DNA from: Octopus vulgaris
Taxonomy: Eukaryota
Direction of reading: 5' to 3'
Assembly (NCBI GenBank): GCA_951406725.2
Contig: OX597822.1
Coordinates: 55,366,001-55,430,000, forward strand
Length of the DNA: 64,000 bases
Shown: piece by piece, positions 1-14,112 of the stretch
How the letters are laid out: each line of letters starts with the position of its first letter
Numbering within the stretch: position 1 is the first letter of the stretch
The notes under the pieces: model-generated
Seen by the model: the letters and a program-made list of their open reading frames with translations, nothing else
What the model was told of the DNA's origin: nothing
Database searches by the model: none
Program-made: the position numbers and the translations under genes

Positions 1-910
1 GGTAAGTAATTTGCTTCCCAACCACATGTTTGCGGGTTCATACCACTACTGCATGGCATTTTGGGCAAGTGTCTTCGGCTATAGCCTTGGGCTGACCAAA
101 GCCTTATGAGTGGATTTCGTAGATGGAAACTGAAAGAAGCCTGTGTGGTAAGAATCTTGCTCCTTAACCAAAGGGTTCTGGGTTCAGTCCCACTGCATGG
201 CACCTTGGGCAAGTGTCTTCTACTATAGCCTTAGGGCAACCAAATCCTTGTAAGTGGATTTAGTAGACAGAAACTGAAAGAAGCCTGTCAAATACATGCA
301 CGCACTCACACACACAGACACACACACACATGTGTGTATGTGTGTCTTTGTGTCTGTGTTTGTCCTCGCATCACTGCTTGACAACTGGTATTAATGTGTT
401 TACATCACTGTAACTTTGTGGTTCGGCAAAGAAGACCTGTAGAACAAAGCTTAAAAGATAACCCCTGGGGTCAATTTGTTTGACTAAAACCCTTCAAGGT
501 AGTGCTCCAGCATGGCTACAGTCAAATGACTGAGACAAGTAAAAATATGTAGGTGAGAATGTTTGTGGGTGTGTGTATTATAGGTGCGGGAGTGGCTGTG
601 TGGTAAGAAATTTGCTTCCCAACCACATGGTTGTGGGTTCATACCACTACTGCATGGCACCTTTGGCTGACCAAAGCCTTGTGAGTAGATTTTGTAGACA
701 AGAAACTAAAAGAAGCCCATCATGTGTGTGTGTGCACATGTGTTTGTGTCTATTCCCCCACCACTGCTTGACAACTAGTGTTTTTTGTGTTTACATCCCT
801 GTAACTTAGCAGTTTGGCAAAAGAGATTGATAGAATAAGTATTGGGATTGGTTCATTTGACTAATATTCTTCAAGGCCTGAAGTCTAATGACTGAAACAA
901 GTAAAAGATA
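1..910 (+). mobile_element. Three consecutive copies (one partial) of the dominant tRNA-derived CORE-type SINE
   Basis: Head ggctgtgtggtaag...gggttcagtccc (A/B boxes), CORE-like ggcaccttgggcaagtgtc, an internal CA/GT microsatellite and tail aatgactgaaacaagtaaaa. Copies start near 1, 143 and 585. Confidence 0.85.
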
Positions 911-912
911 AA

Positions 913-961
<49 letters not shown>

Positions 962-2179
962 CATGTGTGTGCATGTCTAACTGCTGATGTATTTCATATG
1001 TTTGTTTACATCTGATGAATTAAAACAACTTCATTCTTTAGATTTTGATATATTACAACTATATCTCATTTTATATGGTTCTGTGTGAAAAATGGCAGAT
1101 GATAATATTTAGGACCTGCCGTTAGATATTTCTTCAATAAGACAGCTTCAAAACATATTTTCAAAACTAATTTCCAAATGCTTCCTCAGTTATTGATTTT
1201 ATCTTCAATCTTATTTTTTTTATTTATATTAATTCTTGAGACTTACATAGCAAAACAGAGATATTAAGATATTCTATAGGGTTTGTTATAAGACTATTAT
1301 TAATTTAAATTCATTTTCTATATTACGTGGAGTAAGGATCTTTTCATCTAGGTTAAATACTGATTGATTCGACTTTGAGCCCAACTAGGAAGTAATTTGG
1401 AAGATGTTTGTATAAATAACATCTTTAAATCATAAAACATTTTTGCTAATTTCATGATCAACACTGAAGTCTTATGTGGTCAAGCATATGGCTTGATCTC
1501 CTCAACTGGCAAACCAAAATGAAGTTCTTGTTTTTTCATTATTCCAAGTTGAAATACAGCCTTCCAGGCAGATGTGCTAACTTGAGTAGAGAAACATATA
1601 TAAAGGATAGTGATACTGATGTCAACTAACCATTCCCTTTACCATCAAATCAGTTTTTCGGACATGCAATCTGTAAGATGAATAAAACCACCAGCCTCAT
1701 TACAAATATGGTGTTTTTAGTAATACAAATGTTATTAAGGAGAATATTTCTATTGTTTCTATTGTATTCATATTCCAATAATATTTTTGATATCTCTTAG
1801 TTTATTTTATTACAACTGAGCTCAATATATTTTTTGTTATGACCTAATGTATGTGCAGTCTTTAAAATACTATAGTGAACTGTATGTGGGTTCTTAGTTT
1901 GAAACAAAATAGTTTTGCTATCTGTGCAGTTGACTTGCTGCCTATCAACTAACTGAGCATTTGGTGATAGTAATACTGATATATTGTCTTCAGATATATT
2001 GCTTTGTATTTTTTTCATTAGCTGCATAAGAGTAATTGCAATAAACAAACTTGATGATACAGGAAGCTGTTGTCTTCTCTATCACATGACATTTATTTCA
2101 AACATGAAAGTATTAACAGTTAGTTTGGCAGCTGTTATTGTTTAACAAAGCATGAAGACTTTCAAAAACGTTCTTGTAA

Positions 2180-3350
2180 CATCATCAGTATTATTTAATG
2201 TCTGTTTTCCATGTTAGCATGGGTTCGATGGTTTGATAGGATCCACTGGGCCACGGGACTATATCATGCTCCATGTCAGCTTAGACACAGGTTCTATGGT
2301 TGGATACCCTTCCTAATGACAACTACTTTACAGTGTGTAATGGGTGCTCTTTTGATGCCACTAGCACAAGTGAGATTGCCAAGTAACTTGCATAACAGGA
2401 AAGGAGAGGAAAAGGGGAAAAAGGAAAGCCCTGCACTTGACTAAATGAGGGCATATTTGAGCAGGTGGAGAGGGGATTTAATTCCAGGGACAAGCAGATG
2501 TGTCTTGCTATGGAGAAGATACATGGCTACTCCACATTTATATAAGGGTGGGCAAGAGTATCTGGGGAAAAAGGTATACTGATGGTGATGGGTTGTCTGA
2601 GAAAAACACTCGGGAAGTAAGAGATGATGTGAGTAGTGGCTCAGAGAGTTAAAAGCAGGTGGTAAGTCATTAAGGGTGAGGTAGACATAGTGAGTGATGA
2701 ACAGAAGTGGAAGTGCAGCTTTATAATAAATATCAGTATGGGTTGCAAGTAGGGAGAGAGACGTAGGAGTGACCCAGGGATGACAGTTGAGCGAATATGA
2801 GATTATGAGCAGTGCATAGGAGCAGTGGAAAAGGAGATGTAGAGGTACAATTAGGGGTAACTATAATGAGTGGGCATAATGACAGATGAGTAGGATCTAT
2901 GAATGATAGCAGATATGCGAGGTATTATGATGGAGTACAGCAGAAGGATTGGGGGAATGGCATGTGGAAAGGAATGATAACGAGAATGAAGGATGGAAAT
3001 GGGGATGGGAGCAACTGGTTGCATAATGAATTAGGGGATGTAATGTGTGTTAAAGTGCAGGGTGATTGGAATGTTGGGGATGCTTGTGGAGGTAATATGT
3101 GAGTAGGAAAGTACCCAGCATGTGGGGTAAGGGGATGGTTGGGTATGGAGATGAAATGTGGGGAATGTTTGACAGGGCAGTATGAGTGAAGGGACAGTGC
3201 CTAGCAAATATAAGCATAGACAAAATGGTTTTAGGACCTCATATCTGCTGTTATGAACAGGTATTTTTGAGCACAAGCCACCAATTGTCTCAATCCATTA
3301 TCATCTCCTTTGTAAGGCTCAGCATTTTGAGATCAGCCTTCACAAGTTCA
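2180..3350 (-). mobile_element. 3' end of an RTE-like LINE with a long pyrimidine-rich 3'UTR
   Basis: Minus strand near 3300-3350 encodes ELVKADLKMLSLTKEM (RTE C-terminus), followed by about 1 kb of CT-rich UTR and the tail acccatgctaacatggaaaacagacattaaa. A related copy lies at 38190-39400. Confidence 0.6.
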
Positions 3351-3689
3351 TGATTATTAATCTCTATTATAATGTCCTTATATCAAATAACATTCTATAT
3401 TCCATGATAGTAAGAGTAAATTCATGACAAAAAGTCAATTGCTACTTTAAAAAAATTTAAATCCTAAGTTTCAATATTTCATCTATTTTATTCTTACAAT
3501 CCAACATATATTGATATGTCTTAATTTTATCTCATTTGTGAGACTTAGTTCTCAAGTCAATCTCAGTCACTTTCTCCTAAGTTTTACTGTTCATCATGAA
3601 CCTCTGCCAGTTTTTCACCCCCGGTGTATCATCTCTACATACCCACTGAAACACTTGTTTCCTTTATGTATATCAGCCATTGTTTTTTA

Positions 3690-4065
3690 ATCTATCTATC
3701 TATCCACTCAGTCGAAGTCGACTCTCAGTTACTCGATGGATCAGTGTTCTCTTGCCAGTTCTATCCTAGGTCGCTTCTTTCAGATTGGCTATGGCCATTC
3801 CCGTGTCACTCTTGATGGTGTCAAGCCAGCAGGTTCTTGATCTGCCTCTTCCTCTCTTGCCACTAACCATTCCGAGCATGATGTCCTTCTCCAGGGATTT
3901 TCTCTGCATAAGATGACCAAAATATGCCAATCTATGCTTGGTGATCCTAGCTTCTTGTGACAGATTCGGCTTGATCTGGTTAAGAACTCCATTGGTGAGC
4001 CTCGCTGTCCATGGAATCCGTAAAAGTCTTCTCCAACACCAAAGCTCGAATGCATTAAACTCAAC
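3690..4065 (-). mobile_element. RTE (BovB-like) LINE 3' fragment
   Basis: Encodes AFELWCWRRLLRIPWTAR...YFGHLMQRKSLEKDIMLGMVSGKRGRGR, with a (GATA)n tail. Confidence 0.92.
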
Positions 4066-4692
4066 AGCATTTAGCATTTTCTTTTGTCTTGTAGATTTAT
4101 CAGATCCATTTGAAAAATTATCAAATATTTTCCACCTTTTCATCTCTTAATCATCCATTTTAAATTCTCTATTCAAAGACTGTTCTTTTTATTCTATAAT
4201 TGAGAAGTATTTCTTCCACTTTGGGGGTGAGTGTTTTATGTTAGGATTAATGCCTGACAGTAAGATATTGCATCCAACTGTCTATCCTTTCTCTTTTACT
4301 TGTTTGAGTCATTGTGCTTCAGTCATGTTGGGACAACACCTTGAAGGGTTTTAGTCAAACAAATTGCAACTAGTACTTACCCCTTTTTAAGTCTGTTACT
4401 TATTCTATTGCGTTCTTTTGCTGAACTGCTAAGTTAAAAGGATGTAAACAAACCAACATTGATTGCCAAGCAGTGGAAGGACACATGCACAGGCACACAT
4501 GCACACACACGCCATGCGAGCACTGCCTGAAAATTGCATGAAGGCACCAGATGTGTTATAAAATTCTGTCCATGTTGTTTTCATCATATGAAACTATTAG
4601 TAACTTATAAAAATTTATACTATATTCATTAAATACACCAAACGGATTACTTTTTTTGTGGCCTTTCCTTCACTGAACACTATACTATACTA

Positions 4693-4731
<39 letters not shown>

Positions 4732-5406
4732 GAGCTGCTGTAGGTTTCTGTCTACTAAATCTACTCATAAGGCTTTGGTTGGCCCAGGGCTACAGTAGAG
4801 GGTACTTCCCAAAGTACTGACTGTGCAAATATTTAATTTTACCTGATTAGCTGATTCATGTTACCGACTGAAAATTGATATAATATATTTACGATTTATA
4901 ATGTGTGATGTAGTTTCAAAACTAAGAAATTATGGACTGGATATTGTTCATTTAAATTTGAAGATGTTTCTGTGCACCATTCTACAGTTTTAAATCATCT
5001 AAAAAAAAATTTTTTTAAATAAAAAAAATTGATGACTGAAATTATTTTAAAACCCATTAGTGACTCATATGTGTCAGTATATCACCCACATATGTGTGTT
5101 GATGTACTCTTGAATACACTTCAATAATTCATAACTTACTAATGACAAGTCTAATGAGCAAAAATATCTTACTAAAAGGGGAAGCTTTAGAGATTTTTTT
5201 AAAAATCATGTTCATTGTTTAGAGTTCAAAAGTCACGATAAACTGACTTACATAAAAAATCACACCATTCTTGAACATAATAGTGTCTCAGGTTGATCAT
5301 TGCTTGATTAGGTTTCCTGATTTACACTCTTATCTACCCTACCTAATAGGATTATTCATATTACTCCTTCAGTGACTAACATCAGTGATAATTTTCTTAA
5401 ATCACT

Positions 5407-5730
5407 CTCTTTACTCTTTTACTTGTTACAGTCATTTGACTGTGGCCATGCTGGAGCACCGACTTTAGTCTAGCAAATCGACCCCAGGACTTGTTCTTTG
5501 TAAGCCTAGTACTTATTCTATCGGTCTCTTTTACTGAACTGCTAAGTTACGGGGACATAAACACACACACACACGTGATGGGCTTTTTTCAGTTTCCGTC
5601 TACCAAATCCACTCACAAGGCTTTGGTCAGCCCGAGGCTATAGTAGAAGACACTTGCCCAAGGTGCCATGCAGTGGGTCTTAACCCAGGTCCATGTGGTT
5701 GGTAAGCAAGCTACTTACCACACAGCCACT
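5407..5730 (-). mobile_element. CORE-type SINE
   Basis: Reverse complement of the dominant SINE, with an internal deletion. Confidence 0.85.
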
Positions 5731-5779
5731 TATGTCCAATATCATAAGACTTGTTAATTATCAAGACTGAACCATACCT

Positions 5780-6172
5780 CCAGTATTTCTTCATCAAATA
5801 TGAGGTGATCACATTCATTGCTATCCTTGGTGGTGGAAGCTGCAGGTTGTCCAAATCTTGGATCATCTGTAAAACTTTCCCTTCCCCTCCTAAATTCAGT
5901 TACCCACTTTTGCACTGTTGATAAAAATGGCATGTCAGCATGAATGTCCTTGGGGGCCAAACCCTTTTCCCGCTGGTACTTGATAACACTATGATGCCAT
6001 ATTTTGTCCATTTTCAAGAGAAGTTGCTACTAGTTACTTTTGAAGTCTTCTTTGAACAGTCAGGTGTCAGTTTACCTGGAAAGAAGTGATGTTATATATA
6101 AGAGAGCTGAAATGAATGCATGCAAGATTCCATCACTCCTTCAGAGTCACTCTATGAACTTTTCAGCCCATA
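5780..6172 (-). mobile_element. mariner transposon 5' fragment
   Basis: MDKIWHHSVIKY...KDIHADM...STVQKWVTEFRRGRESFTDDPRFGQP is a mariner HTH region. TIR-like ctatgaacttttcagccc near 6152-6170. Confidence 0.85.
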
Positions 6173-6376
6173 TTTGTACTTTTTAACTGGATTTTTGCTT
6201 TTCAGCTACATTAACAACGTTAACACTAACTTAACTATTCACCTTACTGTCTGAATAGAAATAGTATAATATTGTAGTGTGATATAAAATATCATACTAT
6301 AATGGAAATAGCATAATATTGTCTATTTATATTGACTGTTGATTCGAGTCAATATTTTAATATTGGTTATTTTGTA

Positions 6377-6592
6377 AGGCGGTGAGCTGGCAGAAACGTT
6401 AGCATGCCGGGCGAAATGCTTAGCGGTATTTCATCTGTCTTTAAGTTCTGAGTTCAAATTCCGCTGAGGTCGACTTTACTTTTCATCCTTTCGGGGTTGA
6501 TAAATTAAGTACCAGTTGTGTACTGGGATTGATGTAATCAACTGGCTCCCTCCCCCAAAATTTCGGGCTTTATGCCTAGAGTAGAAAAGAAT
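6377..6592 (+). mobile_element. Second SINE family (tRNA-like head plus Meta/Sauria-like central domain)
   Basis: ggcggtgagctggcagaa...gagttcaaattcc...tttcatcctttcggggttgataaattaagtaccag. Many other copies in the window. Confidence 0.8.
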
Positions 6593-6908
6593 ATTAGTTA
6601 TCTAAGGAATAGCTTTTAGTTTTAAAACTTTGTGTTTTGACTTCAGGTTATTACTGAGTATGTATGTTTGTGAATATGTATACCTGTTAAAAAAAAAGCT
6701 TCACTGAAGTTATGATACTATTGTTCAGTTGTTTAGTAATGTCTATCTTCAGTTCTTGCCTTTGTTAACAAATGAATAGTTACAGGTATGGTTGTATCAT
6801 TTCTCAATCATGTGGTTTCAGGTTGAATCTTACTGTATGGCACCTGAGGCAGGTATATTCAACTGTAGCCCTGGGTGAATTTGGCAGATGGAAATTAAAA
6901 AGAAACCC

Positions 6909-6952
<44 letters not shown>

Positions 6953-7039
6953 TGTGCTTCTGTTTTACATCTGTGCTTTCTTATATGAAAATCATAATCG
7001 GATGGCATTGTTGTTGGTACCTCTCTCTTTCTTTTCTCT

Positions 7040-7236
7040 CTCTTTTACTTGTTTCACTCATTTGACTGTAGCCATGCTGGAGTACCGCCTTTAGTCAAGC
7101 AAATCAACCCCAGGGCTTATTCTTTGTAAGCCTAGTACTTATTCTATCTGTCTCTTTTGCTAAGTTACGAGGATTTAAACACACCAGCATCGGTTGTCAA
7201 GCGATGTTGGGGGGACAAACACAGACACACAAGCAT

Positions 7237-7278
<42 letters not shown>

Positions 7279-7858
7279 GATGGGCTTCTTTCAGTTTCCG
7301 TATACCAAATCCACTCACAAGTCTTTGGTCGACTTGAGGCTATAGCAGAAGACACTTGCCCAAGGACTGAACCCGGAACCATGTGGTTGGTAAGCAAGCT
7401 ACTTACCACACAGCCATTCCTACACCTCTGTCAATAAACTGTTCCTTTGCCTTGTACTTGTTAAGCCATGTGGAATACAAAACAACTGAAGATTAGTATC
7501 AGGAAGAATATCTATTTGTAAAACAATGCCTCAACATCATATTTGTCTAACCCATGCTATCAGAAAATCTGATGTAAAAATGAATGAAGGAAGGGCAGTA
7601 GATTGGCAAAATTGGTCATGTGCTAATTTAGTTATGACCATTTATGATCTCTGTTTCAATCTCATCTGTGTTTATAAGACAAAGTTACCAGTCAGGTAAG
7701 TTACCAGGCAGGAGTGGCTGTGTGGTAAGTAGCTTGTTTACCAACCACATGGTTCCGGGTTCAGTCACATTGTGTGGCACCTTGGGCAGGTGTCTTCTAT
7801 AGCCTCGGGCTGAGTGGATTTGGTAGACGGAAACTGAAAGAAGCCCGTCGTATATATG

Positions 7859-7893
<35 letters not shown>

Positions 7894-8092
7894 TTGTCCC
7901 CCTAGCATTGCTTGACAACCGATGCTGGTGTGTTTATGTCCCCGTTACTTAGCGGTTCGGCAAAAGATACCGATAGAATAAGTACTGGGCTTACAAAAGA
8001 ATAAGTCGCGGGGTCGAGTTGCTCGATTAAAGGCAGTGCTCCAGCATGGCTGCAGTCAAATGACTGAAACAAGTAAAAGAGTAAAAAAGAGA
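7040..8092. mobile_element. Head-to-head pair of full-length CORE-type SINEs (7040-7425 minus, 7707-8092 plus)
   Basis: Both copies match the dominant SINE end to end, in opposite orientations, about 280 bp apart. Confidence 0.9.
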
Positions 8093-8442
8093 GAGAGAGT
8101 CAAGTACTATGTACTCTGTCCTCTTCCATCTAAGTTTCATAATGGCCTTCTGCCTTTATGTTCCAAACTTGAATCTCACCATAGTTAACTTTGCCTTTCA
8201 TCTTTTCATGTTTGATCAAGCAACAGTCCTATATTAAATATTACAATTGACTATATCTTCCAGAATCTGTAGCAATGTAATTACATATGAAATAACCATC
8301 ATTAGTACTGTCATGCCATCATTAGATATCTTTTCTTTGGATCCAACTGTAGTATTATTATATATGCTACCAGTAATGTGTGTTAATATCCTCTGGGAAA
8401 CAGTGTGTGTGTATGTGTGTGCACATACACACACACACGCAT

Positions 8443-9277
8443 GTGTGCGGGCTGATCAATAAGTATCCGGACTGTTGCCATAGCAACGAAGCTAAAGCTG
8501 CTTGGCACAAATTGACCTTGAACTCTGCTGTGCATGCGCATTAAGTTTTGATGTTTTAGCTCACTACTGCTTCTTATGGCACTGCTTGGAAGGAAGGAAG
8601 GAAGGTATGTAGTATGTGATCGCCACATTGACCATGACAGAGAAAGTTGTCATGGCGACACCTGCTCAGAGGCCTACACAAAGTTGCAGAAAGTGTATGG
8701 AGAGGAGCATATGAGCTGCCCACAAGTGTACAAGTGGTTCAGACGTTTCCAAGATGGCTAAAAATATGTTGATATTTATGAACGTTCTAGGAGACTTGCA
8801 ACCAGCAGAACTGAGAAAAACATTGCAGATGTGCATGCAGCTGTGAAGGGAAGTTGACAAATCACCATCTATGAGTTATCAGAGGATGTGCAGATTAGTT
8901 ACAGCTCAGTTCAGTCCATTTTCACTGAAGATTTGGGTATGAGATGCGTGTCAAAACTGTTTTCAGCTGACCAAAAAGACACTCGGGTTTCAGTTGTACA
9001 AGATCTTGATTGTGTTGAGGACGATGAAAACTTTTTGAAAACTTTGCATTGGCCTCTGAGCAGGTATCGCCAAGCTTTTCGCAAAATTTGATGCAGATTC
9101 TCAGCTCAGTTTTCTCTGTCCTGGTCAATGTGATGATCACACACTACACATGTTCCTTTGAAGCACTGTTGTAAACAGTGGATGTGAGTTAGAACATTAA
9201 AACTTAGTGCACTTGCACAGCAGAGTACAAAGTCAATCTGTGCCAAGTGGCTTTACTCTGTGTGATCAGCCTTCATA
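8443..9277. mobile_element. mariner-derived foldback element with two 5' ends
   Basis: Plus strand encodes GDTCSEAYTKLQKVYGEE...VYKWFRRFQDG...SVQSIFTEDLGMR. The segment 9040-9277 is an inverted copy of the 5' end (minus strand ELRICIKFCEKLGDTCSEA). Ends gggctgatca and tgatcagcc. Confidence 0.85.
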
Positions 9278-9454
9278 TAGATATCAAGAAGTAAAAGGAA
9301 TTAATAATTCCAGGAAGATATCTATAAAGTACGAGGTGTTAAATGAATTTGGTTAACTGTATCAAACAATCTGATACCAATAAATGCAAATAGAATAAAC
9401 TTTCAAGATAATTCTTCATGCATGACAAGTAAACCCAAATATCACTTAAAATAA

Positions 9455-9750
9455 TAATAACAAAATGTCTGGAAAGTGAACAGTGTATGAGTCAGATACA
9501 TGCTTGCGTGAGGGGAGAAAATCAGGTGTAGTGTTGGCGAATCTCAGGAAGCATGGAAGTTTTGAAGGATGTAGTGCTCCGACAACTAACAACTGATGCT
9601 GGCAGTTTGTTCCATGCATCAGTAGCTCTTAGCGTGAAAAAATGTTTCCAAAAGTCATGGGGGCTGTGCTGTTTTCTGACTTTGTAAACATGTCCACGGG
9701 TGTTAGACAGATGGAGTTTGAAAAGGTGCTCAGAGTTATTGTTTGTTAAT
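9455..9750 (-). mobile_element. CR1-type LINE 3' end
   Basis: Encodes NTRGHVYKVRKQHS...KHFFTLRATDAWNKLPASVV. Confidence 0.88.
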
Positions 9751-12700
9751 AATTTCAAGAAATTCAGAGTATAAGACAACAAAAATAAGAAAGGAGAAAA
9801 TCACATCTTTAATTGATGATTGCACCATACATTACCAACTATCATTTCTGTTGTGTCAAATATTTAGATGCAGAAAAAGGTGTATTAATTTGACTGGTAT
9901 AAAATTACTATAAATTAGCATATCTGAAAATAAATGCAAACACAATATTATCAAAGCAATTCAAAATAGTTTAAGTTAAAAGTGAATTAAGAAAATATCT
10001 GTAATAGATGAATGCATGCAAAAATAAATGTGAAGAAGAAATATAATATTCTAAGCAAAGCCAGTTTAATATTTAACTTTTGATGACGACAGTATGTAAT
10101 GAATGAATAGGAACATAGAAATCCTACGTCCTGACAATTAGTTATCAATTAAATATGCTAAAAAATGTTTTAGGAAAATTATGCCTATCAGTTTGTAGGA
10201 AAAGCAATCATAATTGATGGGTTATTTAGTATTGAAATATTTAAATGTTCTATATTTATGAGAACATTTCATTCTAAAATTACTTTTACAATTCAATAAT
10301 ATCAATTTAGAAGTAATTATGTTATACATTTCCTCAAGGCAAAGATCACACACTTATTATTCTTAAACAAGAATGTTAAGAGTAACTCTGAAGTTTTGGC
10401 CAGCTAAACCATCATCACACTGCAATGCATTAGTGTTAGTTTTGTCTTTATATAGTCTATATTGAGCTAAAATCATCTTTGGGTGTGTAGGTTTGAGTGG
10501 GGTGGTAATTAAAGTTTTCATGGTTTATTATGGAAAAGTGTTTTGGAAACATTTTGATTAAATTTGGGGTTATGTTATTGTTTAGAATTTATCAATGCAT
10601 GTTGAACTTCATAAACACATATGTTGTTTCTCTTTTGTTAGGTAAGCATGAGGTATGACAGTATTTTTACTGATTTTGGTGGATTTAATAATTTGTTGTG
10701 ACAATACAAGGGCCAAAGGTACAAAGTCCAGTATTTAATCCCTTAGTAATTGGGTGTGTCAACTTATTTTTCAAAAGTATGTAGGTGGTAAATTTAGGCT
10801 AATCAGGTCTTGTTGACATTTAGGAAATTTCTTGTTTTCATTTGTAAGGTTGGGGGTGATTATTCAGGCACGTCATAACTTTGTTAGTATTGAAAGTTGT
10901 TTCTCTTGTGCTTTGATGTTCACAAAAGTATTTGAGTAAAGGTTGTATGTTTATGTTTCTCTTTAGCATTGTTCTATAAGCAATTTGATTAGTATATAGG
11001 GATTTTAACCTTCCTGTTTGTGGAGGCAGAGTTTGATTGGTGTTTGTTCAATTCTGTTTGAGATATATGCTAAAGTGAAGCTCATATAGGTGTGTATATA
11101 TTTATGTATAAAAATGGGAACAAAAATATATAAGACTAACTCTAATACATCACCCTCTGATCATGGCTTAACTGGTTGAAACTTCAAAATCACTGCCAAA
11201 AATATTCTCATTTAAGAATATAAATTTGTACTCTACAAAAGTATAGAGTAACCCATCAGATTAATGTAAAATAGTTTTTATTATAACTAGATGCACACAT
11301 ACATTTAAAACTGGCTTTTATTGGGTCGAATATTTGTACTATACTCTCTTTATCCAATTGCCATTCTTTACCTCTCATTTCCCACTTCTGACCTTTTCCT
11401 CCTGGTGAGGGAAGGGAGCGCTGTCAGTCGACCATTGCTTATAAACTTTGACTTTTTCTTGTTTTCTAAGGTTTTTTTCTTTCCAAACTTGCATCACACT
11501 TCACATATCTTGAAGAGTTTTGATATTTAAGGAAGCCTTTGTTCTTTACTTGCTTAATATAGCTCCACTCTTAAGACAATGCATTATTCTTTCTCGCAGC
11601 TTCGCTTTTGGCATTTTTCTTTTGTGAAGAGGAGCTGGATTAACAGAATCCTTAGAGAAGTGAATAAAATGCCCTTTGTTATTTGGATATATTTCTTTAT
11701 TTGAATTCTACTGAAGTCACCTCTAATATGCATCTTTCTGCTGAATAATAAAAGAGAGATCCAGGCAAACATTGGTTCAGTTAAATTTTCTTCTACCCTC
11801 TAAAACTGAGGCCCTTTATTAGTGTTACATATTTCCATCATGGTTCTCACTGTCTCATTTTCATGCTGAACATAATGGTAAACACAATGACTATGTGGAG
11901 GAGTCACTATGTTGGAGTGCAACCTATTAGAAACAACAACCAAATCACTCCTCACATATTTAATGGAAAAAAAAAAGCTAACACATTAGATAATGTTTCT
12001 ATTGGTATACCATATGAATAAAGATGGAATGACAACTACCTTGCTACACTCTCTCTCATTGTGATATATTCTATCATGTCCATACACCTTTTTATTGATT
12101 GTTTTTAAATTCTATTGTTTTATATAGTAGCTGAAGAAACTGTAAAATAGATTTAATAGTTTAGTTGTTGCTAATATACTTGATGTTGTAAGGTGAGATA
12201 TTTTAAAATTGTGATGAGAATAGTAATTTTCCAAATGACTAATTCTTGTTAAAAATGACAAGGGAGATAATCACAACATTAAAATTCAATGACTATAAAA
12301 TACAGTGCAGAAAGATTTATAGAAAATAATGGTTTTTGGTTTCTGTTTTTCCATCTTCCATAGGTTTTGTGAGAAATACAAACTCATTGATATAAGCCAT
12401 ATAGCAGAAAGGATTTTTACGAGTAACATGAAAAGACGGCTAAAAATATGTTACTCTTTAAATTTTGAAATTATTATAATTTGGTTAACACTCACACTAC
12501 TTTTTCTCACTTGAGAAATTTGTTTTCTCATGAACTTCAAATGAAATGAAACCTTTTTGATGATTTTAACAAATTTTCTTTTCTTCTCTTCGTAAATTAT
12601 ACTCCCCCCTGCCCCCAAAAAACCCCATGCCTCACTGGGATAATAATTATTATTGCTACAGTGATACTAACAATTGGAATATATTTTATAAGCTGGAATC

Positions 12701-13117
12701 GTTCACAATATCTTTCATGCAACTATTTTCCAGACTACTGGAATTCCTTTGCTGATGAGGATGGATTTTTTTTCTCCTTTTTAGCCAATTGTGTTATGAC
12801 GATTATAAACAATTCCGTCTGCACAATATATGTTCAGACAGAGAAAAAAAGGGCGGTGTTGGGATAAGGCTAACAGCTGTAAATTCGTTTCGACTCTTAG
12901 GAGTTTCCCGCTGCAACAGTGTACCACCTGTAACTATCAACCAATGCATTACTTATAAACTCATGTATATTACTGATTCGAGTAAACTGGATACGTAAAT
13001 TTGCATATTTAATATTTTTTTTTTTTTTACAATGAAATCGGACATTAAATTATTGGTGTGTCAAGTATTTCGTTATGTACTGTAGAACATATCTCTGTTT
13101 TATCCAACACTAATTGT

Positions 13118-14112
13118 GGTCAATATAAAGATCCTCACCCGTTAAGGGGTGGGGGGTGGGGGTGGAAGCGCGTGTGGTATAAACAACTGTGTAGAAAACG
13201 AATATATATATATATAAAATAAAGAAAAAACAATTTACCCAAACGACCCTGGGGATGGGGTGGGGGAGAGGACTTTCGGAAAATTCACAAGATCCGATTT
13301 TCCCCTCATAACTTTCAGGAAAAGGGATATATATTGAAAAAAAAACAAACAAACAAAAACACAACACCTTCCCAATTCTACGGCCTTGGCCTTCAAGCAG
13401 GTTATCCACATGCTAGAAATAACACCCAAATCTCAAATGGGCAAGACCATTTTCTGTTCCAGAAACACACGATGTTTTGCGCTGGTCAAATGATTCTCTT
13501 TGATTTCACTTTGTCACAGTATTTCTTTGCTATTTTTACTTTTCTTTTTTCAACTCATATTTTTTGTAACTTTCAAAAAAAAAAAAAAAAAAAAATGAAC
13601 ATTTTAATTTCACACGAATCACTTTGTTATATTACTGCGGGAAATTACTCTGAAAGAAATCTTTGCAGAAAGATGAGTAGATTGATTACACATTTCTTTC
13701 ATTATGTTATCGCAGTTTTGTGAGATTTGGCAGTTATTTCTAGCATAGCGTGTGAATAGCCTGCTCGAAGACCAAGGCCGTAGAATTGGGAGGGGAGGGT
13801 TTCTTTTCTTTTCTTTTCTTTTTTTAAATTGAAATTTTACAAACAAATTCTTTTTCAGAATCAGATTCTCCATAGCCGAAAACGTGAGATTCCGTAAAAA
13901 AAAAAAAATCAATATATATATCCATTTTCCGAAAGTTATGAGGGAAAATCGGATCTCGTGAATTTTCCAAAAATCCTCTCCCCATCCCCCCGGTTCGTTT
14001 GCGCATTTTTTTTTTCATATTCGAGTTCTACACAGTTGTTAACACCCAGTAAGCTGGTTTTATTTATTTATTTTTTTGTTTTCGTTAAGTGGTGAGGATC
14101 TTTATATTGGCC
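13118..14112. mobile_element. Non-autonomous long-TIR DNA transposon, Merlin-like
   Basis: Ends GGTCAATATAAAGATCCTCACC and GGTGAGGATCTTTATATTGGCC. Imperfect inverted arms at about 13118-13436 and 13721-14112. Perfect 8-bp direct flank CTAATTGT at 13110-13117 and 14113-14120. GG-starting TIRs with an 8-bp TSD fit the Merlin superfamily. Confidence 0.8.

Noticed and set aside
1797-2048. Minus-strand ORFs at 1797-2048, 8234-8434 and 11584-11772 as exons of a neighbouring gene
   Set aside because: No recognisable domain and no consistent splice-phase chain.
7707-7780. tRNA-like sequences at SINE heads
   Set aside because: Only A/B boxes followed by SINE body. No complete cloverleaf, so these are not tRNA genes.
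10400-11090. Strongly GT-skewed tract (also AC-skewed 18100-18460) as a Penelope or LINE remnant
   Set aside because: The composition is suggestive but I could not read a diagnostic motif. Left unannotated.
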